Positions 15,933-24,124 of a stretch of 64,000 bases of DNA are shown here, one piece after another. A program made the translations under genes and the position numbers. This stretch comes from Acidobacteriota bacterium (lineage in GTDB: Bacteria; Acidobacteriota; Vicinamibacteria; Vicinamibacterales; UBA2999): contig JAEUQR010000141.1 of NCBI GenBank assembly GCA_016789705.1, forward strand, positions 7,175-71,174, written 5' to 3'. Numbering within the stretch: position 1 is the first letter of the stretch; each line of letters begins with the position of its first letter. Below the pieces are notes generated by a model. That model saw nothing but the letters and a program-made list of their open reading frames with translations, had not been told where the DNA came from and searched no databases.

Positions 15933-18728
15933 GTGCGCGCTCCCGTCGAACACCTTGCAGCCATCGGGAACGTCACCGAGGCTCTGAAGCACCTCAGACA
16001 GGTCACTAATCCTAGTCTGGAGCTCAAAGTGCTGAGGGCAGAGCTCGAAGCCCTGGCGTCACACCGAGAGTTGGCACTCGATCTGGCCACGAGTGTCGCC
16101 TCCAGCGCCGGGCCAGCAGGCGTAATCGTCCGCGCCTTGGCCGTAGCCGGTCGCCTGCACTACTTCTCCGGAAACACACTTGAAGGACGACATCAGTTCG
16201 ACCGAGCAGTCGACATTGCAGCCCACAGCGGCGATGCCGAGCTGGAAGCCCTGGCGTTAGGCGGCCATATTCAGTCGTTGCTTCGATTCATCGGACTGGA
16301 GGCTGCCGTCGGGGGCATCAGCCGGTACAGAAAAGCGGCAATACGCTCAGGCAAGTCGTCTAGCCTCGCAGCTCTTCACAGAACGCTTGCCGAGGCGGAA
16401 CTCAAAGGCGGCAGACGCCACCGGGCATTGCGAGAGCTCGAGCTTTCTGGACTGCACGTCGAAGTGACGCAGGACCAAGTCGCACTCGCGCAGCTGCACT
16501 TTGCGAGAAGCGCAGCCGAGGGCCTGTTAGGCGACCACCTCGCCTCTTTAGAACACGCGAAGCAAGCGGTTACGATCGCAAGCGACTGTGGCGCCACGGC
16601 GATCCTGCAATCAGCGCTCGTCAATGTCGCCCACTGCCAGACTGTCTTGGGCCATCACCGGGAGGCTGAGCAGACCTTCGCAAGACTTGAAGCAGCCAAC
16701 GTCCCCTCTGTCGGCCGCGAGCTGATCGTCCGGAGCAACCAGCTTCTCCTTGCAACAGCCCAACGCGACGAGCATCTCGCCACCGCAATCGACTCTCGAT
16801 ATGGGCCTATCGCGGCCGACCAAGCGCTGACGACAGCGCAATGGTATAAGTTGCAGGCGGTTGAATACCACTTGGCTTTCGGTCGCGCAGCCGAGGCAAT
16901 CACGCTGGGAAGACGCTGCATTGCGGAGCCCACAGAGTCTGACCGTGACTTCTTGGCGAGGACCGAAGCCGCGACTGCCGAGGCGCTTGCGGCAGGAAAC
17001 GAACCCAAGGAAGCGGCCACGCTACTTTGGAGGGTTGCATCCGGGCATTCTGGCGCGTTGCCGGAGTTTCTTGCAGCTGTCCAGAGAGTGGGCGGGAGGC
17101 TCTCGCGCGACTCTGCGAGCGCTGCATTCGAGCTCTTCGCGCGCTCGGGGCGCCTCTACGCCAGTACCGGCCACATTATTGGCTCTGGCGAGGCACTCCA
17201 CGCCGCCGCCACACTGCGCGCCTCTCGCGCGCCGGCAGGCTCGCCCGACGCCGTCGTCCCCCACATCACCACGTTCTACCAGAAGCCACCGGCGTCCTTC
17301 GGACGTGTGGACGAGCGGTCGGACGCCACGCCGACGACGATGCCGGAGGCCGTCGCCAGCGCTGTGCGCGCATCGGCCGCGATGGTGGACCTTACGTCCC
17401 GGCCGGCGCTGGCCGGATACGAGCTGCTCTCCCTGGCCGCTGCGAGCGGCGCGGCGGCATCGGCCGTGATGTTCGCACGCGGCGCCAAGGGCATCGAGAC
17501 GCTCGGCTGGGTGGGCAGCGAGACGCCGGATCTCGCGCTGCACCAGCCGTCGGACGACTGCGTCACGTTCGTGCTGGGTAATGAGCGCGACCGAGAGGTC
17601 TCGGTGGTCGTGCGTCCACGCAACCAGCAGTCGGCACGCACCACGCTCATCGCCCTGCAGCGTCTCGTGACCAACGGCCTGACCCTGCATCGCGCGGCCG
17701 TGGCCGAGAGCGAGAAGTCGGCCATCTGGCCCGAGCCCCTGCCGGAGCAGCAGCTGGGATTCGTCTGCGTGGCCGAATCGATGCTCGAGCTGATGCGGGT
17801 CACCCGTCGGGTGGCCGCCAGCCACTTCACCGTGCTCGTCACCGGCGAGACGGGCACCGGTAAGGAGCTGCTGGCCCGCGCGATCCACAACTGCTCACCA
17901 CGGGCGAAGAAGCCTTTCACGCCGTTCAACTGCACGGCCGTGCCGCGCGAGATGCTCGACAGCCAGCTCTTCGGCTACAAGCGCGGCGCTTTCACGGGCG
18001 CCCTCGACAACTTCCCGGGTGTGATCCGCGGTGCCGCCGGCGGCACGCTGTTCCTCGACGAAATCGGTGAGATCGGCATGGACGTGCAGCCCAAGCTGCT
18101 GCGCTTCCTCGAGTCGAGTGATGTACATCCACTGGGCGAGTCTGCGCCGGTCAGTGTCGACGTTCGCATCGTCGCCGCGACGAACGCGAACCTCGATCGG
18201 ATGGTCGCGGACGGCAGATTCCGCGACGATCTGTACTACCGGCTGAACGTCGTGAAGCTCACGATTCCGCCGCTGCGCGAGCGGCGCGAGGAAATCCCCC
18301 TGCTGCTCGACCACTTCCTGGAACGCAGCATGAAGGAGTGCAGCAAGGCGGGCATCCGCATCGGCGAGACCGCGGCGGAGTTCTTGCTGCTCTACGACTG
18401 GCCAGGCAACGTGCGGGAACTCGCCAACGAGGTGCGGCGGGCGGTGGCGCTCGCCGAATCGGGTGCGGTCCTGATGCCCGAGCACCTGTCGGCGCGTCTG
18501 GCCGCCTCGCGGCGCACGGTGCCGGTGGGCCAGCGTCCGCCGGCCCCCACCGAGCTGCTCGTGCGTCGCGATCAGCCGCTCAACGCCGCGGTGGAACATG
18601 TCGAACGCGCGCTCATCCAGGATGCCCTGCGCATCCACGGCAACGTCGAAGACGCCGCCCGCGCGCTCGGGCTTTCGCGCAAGGGCCTCTACCTGAAGCG
18701 TCAGCGGCTCCGTATCGACGAGGAATAG
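15933..18728 (+). CDS. Sigma-54-dependent transcriptional activator (bacterial enhancer-binding protein) with a long (about 600 aa) helical-repeat/GAF-like N-terminal region
   Basis: The GTG start is 1 nt after the upstream TAA. AAA+ sigma-54 interaction domain: VLVTGETGTGKELLARAIH, GAFTGA (17985-18002), GTLFLDEIGE, RIVAATN. C-terminal Fis-type HTH: AARALGLSRKGLYLKRQRL. Confidence 0.9.
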   Translation: MRAPVEHLAAIGNVTEALKHLRQVTNPSLELKVLRAELEALASHRELALDLATSVASSAGPAGVIVRALAVAGRLHYFSGNTLEGRHQFDRAVDIAAHSGDAELEALALGGHIQSLLRFIGLEAAVGGISRYRKAAIRSGKSSSLAALHRTLAEAELKGGRRHRALRELELSGLHVEVTQDQVALAQLHFARSAAEGLLGDHLASLEHAKQAVTIASDCGATAILQSALVNVAHCQTVLGHHREAEQTFARLEAANVPSVGRELIVRSNQLLLATAQRDEHLATAIDSRYGPIAADQALTTAQWYKLQAVEYHLAFGRAAEAITLGRRCIAEPTESDRDFLARTEAATAEALAAGNEPKEAATLLWRVASGHSGALPEFLAAVQRVGGRLSRDSASAAFELFARSGRLYASTGHIIGSGEALHAAATLRASRAPAGSPDAVVPHITTFYQKPPASFGRVDERSDATPTTMPEAVASAVRASAAMVDLTSRPALAGYELLSLAAASGAAASAVMFARGAKGIETLGWVGSETPDLALHQPSDDCVTFVLGNERDREVSVVVRPRNQQSARTTLIALQRLVTNGLTLHRAAVAESEKSAIWPEPLPEQQLGFVCVAESMLELMRVTRRVAASHFTVLVTGETGTGKELLARAIHNCSPRAKKPFTPFNCTAVPREMLDSQLFGYKRGAFTGALDNFPGVIRGAAGGTLFLDEIGEIGMDVQPKLLRFLESSDVHPLGESAPVSVDVRIVAATNANLDRMVADGRFRDDLYYRLNVVKLTIPPLRERREEIPLLLDHFLERSMKECSKAGIRIGETAAEFLLLYDWPGNVRELANEVRRAVALAESGAVLMPEHLSARLAASRRTVPVGQRPPAPTELLVRRDQPLNAAVEHVERALIQDALRIHGNVEDAARALGLSRKGLYLKRQRLRIDEE

Positions 18729-18735
18729 CGCCCGC

Positions 18736-21222
18736 TCAGTTCCCGCCGCCACCCAGGGGCGGGCCGGGGCTCAGCGGATACCGCGATCGCGGCCGCGTCC
18801 CCCAGCCCGGCGCGATGAACTTCGGTGCGTTCGCGGCGGGATTCTGCAGATACCGCGTGATGTCCGTTTCCGCCTGCCGCAGGTGCGCCTCGGCCATCGG
18901 GTCGGCGTCCTTCCGCGCGGCCAGGCTCTGCCCGAGCGCGCGAATCTGCTGCAGCACGTAGGCCCGCACCTCAGGCGTCGTGTCGGCGTGTCCGCCCAGG
19001 ATCATCAGTGCATCGAGCGCGGCCCGTTCGGTCACACGGCGAATGGAGACGTGCCGTGGCGACTCGCTGCCGTGCGGTCCCCAGGTGGCCTTGAGCACCT
19101 CGGCCACGACGTCCGGCAAGGTGAGGGCGTTGGTCTGCCGATCCGCGAACGCCACGAGGCGGGCGGCGCGGTCTGGCTGCAACAGGTCGCCCAGCACCAT
19201 GGCCGCAAGAATGCGCGCGGCGCGAAGGTGGTCGAAGGCGTAGTCGCTGGACATGTCTTCGAGGTTGCTGCCCGGGTGCGGCGTCAGCTGCGCCAGCAGC
19301 GGCTCGGGCAACTCGAGCGCGGCGGGCGCGATCGCCGACAGCAACAGGCCGAGCACCTCGCGCTGCGTGGCCGCGGGCACGATCTCGGTCGGGGCGCCGG
19401 CGTCGCCTTTGACGTTGAAGGAGTGGAACATCCCGCCCACGTACCGCAGGCCGGATTCGATCGCCCAGCGGTGGTGCAGATAGGTCATCCACAGCCGCGC
19501 ATCGCGCAGCGCGCCCACCGGCTCACCCGGCCGCAGGATGTTCTGGCCGTAGTTGTTGAGCATGATGGCGCGAGCGGCCATCGTCTCCTTCAAGTACTCC
19601 GACGGCGTCGCGCGGTCGTCGTACCACGACCACCGCGGGTCGGTCTCGGGCACGAAAAGGAGGCTCCTGGCGCGCAGCTCGCGGATGACGCCGTCAAGGC
19701 CGGCCTTCTCCTGGTCGGCGGGAAACACGGAGTAGGCGTACTTCGCCATCATCTCGTCGTAGGGGCCGATGGCACGCTGGAACGCGTCGCTCAGGTCGAG
19801 GCGACCGTTCGTGACCTTGACGCGCGGCGTCGGGTACTCCATGACCGAGGCGAAGTTGTTGAGGCTCGCCGAGAAATTGTGCTGGAAGCCCATGACGTGG
19901 CCAAGTTCATGCGCCGTGAGCAGCGTCTGGCGCAGCAGCACCAGGTCGCGCTCGGCCGCGGGCATGCCGTCGGTGGGCTGGCCTTCGGCCAGCGCCTCGA
20001 CCAGCGCCGGATCGCCGGCAAAGAGCGCCGCGTCGTCGTCCGCGCCGCCGGTGGTGGGGGTGTAGGCTTCGAAGTAGTTGCCGATGGTGCGGATGCGATG
20101 CGAGTCCATCCGCGTCTTCGAGCCGAGGATCTCGCCGGTGCGCGGGTCACGGAACGTGCCGCCGCTCGAGAAGCCGCGCTCGTCGCGATTGATCCAGAGG
20201 ATCCACGCGTAGCGGATATCCATCGGATCCATGTCCGGCGTCGGGTCTTTCACCTGCACGGCGTTGCGGAAGCCGGCGGCCTCGTAGGCCCTGTTCCACC
20301 ATAACGCGCCGTTGCGCATCGCCGTGCGTGTGGGCTCTGGAATGCCGGGGTCGAGGTAGAACACGATCGGCGTCTTCGGCTCGCTCATCGCCGCCGCCGG
20401 GTCTTTCTTCTCGAGGCGCCAGCGCGTGATCCACTGCACCTCGGTGTCCTGGTCGAACGGCTTCGTGAAGTCGCGGAACGTGATGGTGCTCACGCCGATC
20501 CTGGGGTCGGCCATGCGGGGTGTGTAGCCCTCCGGCGCCTTCAGGAACGAGTGATGGATGCGCAGCGTGAAGAACCGGCCGTCGGGGGTGACGTTGTTCA
20601 CGAGCAACCCGGGATTGTCGGCCACGAAGGTCACCACGGTTTCGACCTCGGCGTTCAGCGGGAAGCTTCTGATGCGCGCCGGATAGAAGGCGCTCCGCGT
20701 CGCGTCGAAGCGGAAGGTGCCCTGATTGACGCGCCGGAAGCGGCCTTCGACATCGGCAGCGTCGCGCAGGAAGAGCGGCGAGGCGTCGACGAGCACGCGT
20801 CCGTTCTCGTCGGCCTCGACGGGCAGTGCCGCGAGCACGGAACTGGCGAACGAGTCGCGCACGTTCTCGATCTGCGCGGCCGAGCCCCCCACCGCGCGGT
20901 ACCGCTGGTTCTGCGCGATGACCAGCACACGCGGTCCCGACCGCTGGAAGTGGATAACTTCGGTGCCGAGGATGCCACGGTCGAACGGCAGTTCCACGGA
21001 GCCCGCGCCCGACGCCGCCGACACGTAGTACAGCACGTCGCTGTCGAACACCGGCACTTCGGCCAGCACACGCCCGCGCGCCGCATCCCAGTAGAGCGGC
21101 ACGAAGCCGTCGAGTCTGGTGAGGCCTTTCGTGCGTTCCGCCAGCGTCGTGGCGGGTTGGGCGGCCGCCGACGCGGCGAGCGCCGCCGCCAGCACCCACG
21201 CCATCGCGATCGTGCGCGTCAT
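18736..21222 (-). CDS. Secreted zinc-dependent metalloprotease (met-zincin-like, DUF4953/DUF5117-type)
   Basis: Start chosen at MTRTIAMAWVLAAALAASAAAQ (signal peptide; ATG on the complement of 21220-21222). Zinc site: LLTAHELGHVMGFQHNF. Confidence 0.8.
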   Translation of the reverse strand: MTRTIAMAWVLAAALAASAAAQPATTLAERTKGLTRLDGFVPLYWDAARGRVLAEVPVFDSDVLYYVSAASGAGSVELPFDRGILGTEVIHFQRSGPRVLVIAQNQRYRAVGGSAAQIENVRDSFASSVLAALPVEADENGRVLVDASPLFLRDAADVEGRFRRVNQGTFRFDATRSAFYPARIRSFPLNAEVETVVTFVADNPGLLVNNVTPDGRFFTLRIHHSFLKAPEGYTPRMADPRIGVSTITFRDFTKPFDQDTEVQWITRWRLEKKDPAAAMSEPKTPIVFYLDPGIPEPTRTAMRNGALWWNRAYEAAGFRNAVQVKDPTPDMDPMDIRYAWILWINRDERGFSSGGTFRDPRTGEILGSKTRMDSHRIRTIGNYFEAYTPTTGGADDDAALFAGDPALVEALAEGQPTDGMPAAERDLVLLRQTLLTAHELGHVMGFQHNFSASLNNFASVMEYPTPRVKVTNGRLDLSDAFQRAIGPYDEMMAKYAYSVFPADQEKAGLDGVIRELRARSLLFVPETDPRWSWYDDRATPSEYLKETMAARAIMLNNYGQNILRPGEPVGALRDARLWMTYLHHRWAIESGLRYVGGMFHSFNVKGDAGAPTEIVPAATQREVLGLLLSAIAPAALELPEPLLAQLTPHPGSNLEDMSSDYAFDHLRAARILAAMVLGDLLQPDRAARLVAFADRQTNALTLPDVVAEVLKATWGPHGSESPRHVSIRRVTERAALDALMILGGHADTTPEVRAYVLQQIRALGQSLAARKDADPMAEAHLRQAETDITRYLQNPAANAPKFIAPGWGTRPRSRYPLSPGPPLGGGGN

Positions 21223-21301
21223 CGTCTGCTCCTTCACCGAGGGGGACGTCGATTCCCCGCGTGGATTGTCGGCAGGGCGTTCGGTCAAGTCAAGGCATGC
21301 G

Positions 21302-24061
21302 TCAGCCGACGTCCACGGAAGCCGGCGCCGCATGCGCCTTCAGCTTCTCGCGCGCGGCCTCCGCCGTGGTGCGCAGCAGCGGGTCGGCGTCGCCAGCCCA
21401 GCGGTCCACGACTTCCGCGAAGTGCGCCAGACGCAGCTCGCCGATGGCGTAGGCGGCGCACGACTGCAGCCAGCGGTCGCGGCTGAGCGCGAGCACCTCC
21501 ACCGCCTCCTCGCGCGAGCCCACGGCCACGCCCACCAGGCGCTCGGCGATTCCCGCCCGTTCTTCGATCGACACTTCGCGGTCGAAGAGCGGCACGACGA
21601 GTGCGCGGACCGGCGGCGGCAGCACGTTCTCGAGGAACTCGAGCGCGTTGTCGTGCACGCTGCGGTCCGCCGACTGCACACCCACGAACGCGCTGTGCAG
21701 GTCGTGGTCGGGGTAGAGCACCTTCATCAGCCGGAAGATCCGCTCGCTCTCCTGCAGGAGCGAGTCGCGCACCGCCTGCAGCACCGGCTCGGCGCCGGCG
21801 AGCGACCCGCCCATCGTGCCGAGCACCTGATACGAGCGGTAGTGGCCCGTGATCTCCGCGGCGAGCGCCGTCTCGACGATGCCGCGATCGACCTCCCGCC
21901 CCGGATGCAGTTGCAGGAGCTTGTTGAGCGCCGTCACGGCCCGCAGGCGCACCACCGTGTCGGCATCGAGCAGACTTTCCACGAGCACCGTCTGCGCCGC
22001 CGGCGTGCCGATCGCCTGGAGCGCGCCGGGCAGCTCGCGCCGGATCGCATCGGGCGTGTCGCGGTCCATCAGGTAGTCGCGCAGCGTGCCGACGATGCGG
22101 TCGCCGAGCTGCCCGAGCGCCGTCACCACGTCGCCGGTGAGCCACGGCTCGGCGATGCGGTCGACGAGGCGGTGCACGAGTGCCCGCTTCCCCAGGCGGC
22201 CGGCCGACCGCACGGCCTCGCGCGCCACCTCCGGTGCGTCGTCCTCGAGCAGCTTGCGGAGCTCGCGCTCGAAGACGTCGGGCGACAGACCGATGACTCG
22301 CGCCGCCTGGATGCGTCCGCGCAGTCCGTCATCGCCGCCGTCGGCGACCATCCGCTGCAGGATGAGCTGCGCCGCCTCGACGTTCTGCGCGCGGCCCGGA
22401 CGCGCGAGGAACGCCACCATCGCCGCCTGGATCGAGAATCCCTCGAAGTCGCCGACGCGCTCGATCACGGTGAGCGGATCGACCGCCGTCGTGTGCGTGA
22501 GGTACAGCAGCGCCTCCGTGCGCACCTCGAGCTGCGGGTCGCGCAGCAAGGCCTCCACCTGCGGCACGACCGACCGCACGTTGGCCTGCGCGAGCATCGC
22601 CACGGCGCGCACGCGCACCTCGGCCGATTCGTGGCTCAGCAGACCAGGGATCGCCGGGTGCACGCGGTCCGCCCTCGCCACCTCGAAGAGACTGAGCGCA
22701 TAGATGATGTCGGCGGGGTGACCTTCGAGCTTGCGCGCCAGCGCGTCGGCTGCGTTGCGATCGAGAAGGGCGCCGTTCGCGCGTTCGGCATCCATCCGGT
22801 GCTGCAGGATGCTCTCGTGCAGATTCGTCACATACTGCCGCCGGGCCGTCGCCGCAGCCAGAAGCCACGCGGCCACCACGGCGAGCGTGACCCAGCCCAC
22901 CTGCACCGGCGACCAGCCGAAGCCGGCGGCGAAGGCGAGCACGGCCAGGCCGCCCAGCCCGTCGCCGAAGCGATAGACCACCGTGTCGATGAAGGCCTTC
23001 ACTCGGAAGGTTTCGGCCGCCGAGAGCGGCAGATACAGCAGCTCCACCGTGGACTTGTCGATCGAATAGCGCAGGACCTGATCGCTCGCCTTGAGCGCCG
23101 ACACCGCGGCGAGCGAACCGAGCACGAGCACCGCGACGGACGTCGAGGCCATGGCGAGCGGCACGATAAAGAGCGCCACGCCGACGCCCGCCGTGCGCAG
23201 CACACGGCCGGTCAGCACGAGCTGCATGACGAGCGAGGCGCCGCCAGCCAGCATGTTGAAGAGGCCGAAAAACGCCGTCAGCTGGTCAGTGTCTGGAATC
23301 CCGGCCTTGGCGATCGCCTTGAATTGCCAGCCGGCGATGGTCGTCGCAAACGACGCCAGCCCGATGACACAGGCAATCGCGCGCAGATACGGTGAACCGG
23401 CGATATGCCGCAGGCTCTCGCGCAGGCCCGGTGGCGCCGCCGTCTGGTCCACGGGCGCGATGCTGCCACGGCGCCACAGGAGCTGCACGAGCCCTACCGA
23501 GGCCACGAGGCTCGCCGCCACCCAGAGCAGCAGCGTCTCGGTACCGAGCGACCTGGCCGTGACGCTCGTGGCCAGGCCGCCCACGATCCAGCCGAGAATG
23601 GCGCCGCTGCCGATGAATCCGAAGGCCCGTTTGGCCTCGCGGGTTGTGAGCACGACACTCGCGAGCGTCCACACCTGTGTCGGCGCCAGCGCGCCGAACA
23701 CGCCCACCCAGAGATAGATGGCGATGAAGAGCACCCCGTCATCGGCCAGCGCGACGCTGAGCCACCAGAACGCCAGGCTGGTGACGGCGAAGAACAGTAG
23801 CGTGCCGGTCTGCAGGGCCCGCATCGACAGCCAGCGCAGGCCCCGCAGATACACCGCCACGGCGACCCCGACGAGAACCGCGATGGCGATATCGACGTAG
23901 GGAAGTTCAGCGGCCGGATAGCGGTCTAGGAAGAGCGCGTCCCGGGTGGCCTTCGAGGCCACCGTCGCGGCCGTGGTGAGGAAGAGGTAGGTGAACAGCG
24001 GCCAGGCGCGTCCCCACTCGCCCTCGTTCAGGCCAAGAACCCGCCGCACCCCTGTCAGCAT
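21302..24061 (-). CDS. TLC (ATP/ADP translocase-like, COG3202-type) membrane transporter fused to C-terminal HEAT repeats
   Basis: The N-terminus EWGRAWPLFTYLFLTTAATVASKATRDALFLDRYPAAELPYV aligns by eye with the Npt/Tlc N-terminal motif (..P.F..F......R..KD.L......A..P). About 12 TM segments follow. After them come about 480 aa of HEAT-like repeats (HESAEVRVRAVAML..., DPQLEVRTEALLYL..., DDAPEVAREAVRSAGRLG, DADTVVRLRAVTAL). Confidence 0.65.
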   Translation of the reverse strand: MLTGVRRVLGLNEGEWGRAWPLFTYLFLTTAATVASKATRDALFLDRYPAAELPYVDIAIAVLVGVAVAVYLRGLRWLSMRALQTGTLLFFAVTSLAFWWLSVALADDGVLFIAIYLWVGVFGALAPTQVWTLASVVLTTREAKRAFGFIGSGAILGWIVGGLATSVTARSLGTETLLLWVAASLVASVGLVQLLWRRGSIAPVDQTAAPPGLRESLRHIAGSPYLRAIACVIGLASFATTIAGWQFKAIAKAGIPDTDQLTAFFGLFNMLAGGASLVMQLVLTGRVLRTAGVGVALFIVPLAMASTSVAVLVLGSLAAVSALKASDQVLRYSIDKSTVELLYLPLSAAETFRVKAFIDTVVYRFGDGLGGLAVLAFAAGFGWSPVQVGWVTLAVVAAWLLAAATARRQYVTNLHESILQHRMDAERANGALLDRNAADALARKLEGHPADIIYALSLFEVARADRVHPAIPGLLSHESAEVRVRAVAMLAQANVRSVVPQVEALLRDPQLEVRTEALLYLTHTTAVDPLTVIERVGDFEGFSIQAAMVAFLARPGRAQNVEAAQLILQRMVADGGDDGLRGRIQAARVIGLSPDVFERELRKLLEDDAPEVAREAVRSAGRLGKRALVHRLVDRIAEPWLTGDVVTALGQLGDRIVGTLRDYLMDRDTPDAIRRELPGALQAIGTPAAQTVLVESLLDADTVVRLRAVTALNKLLQLHPGREVDRGIVETALAAEITGHYRSYQVLGTMGGSLAGAEPVLQAVRDSLLQESERIFRLMKVLYPDHDLHSAFVGVQSADRSVHDNALEFLENVLPPPVRALVVPLFDREVSIEERAGIAERLVGVAVGSREEAVEVLALSRDRWLQSCAAYAIGELRLAHFAEVVDRWAGDADPLLRTTAEAAREKLKAHAAPASVDVG

Positions 24062-24124
24062 TCAACTACGTATCGTATTGCCGGGCGGCGCCGGCACTGC
24101 ATAAGATTCACCCCACCGTCCCCC

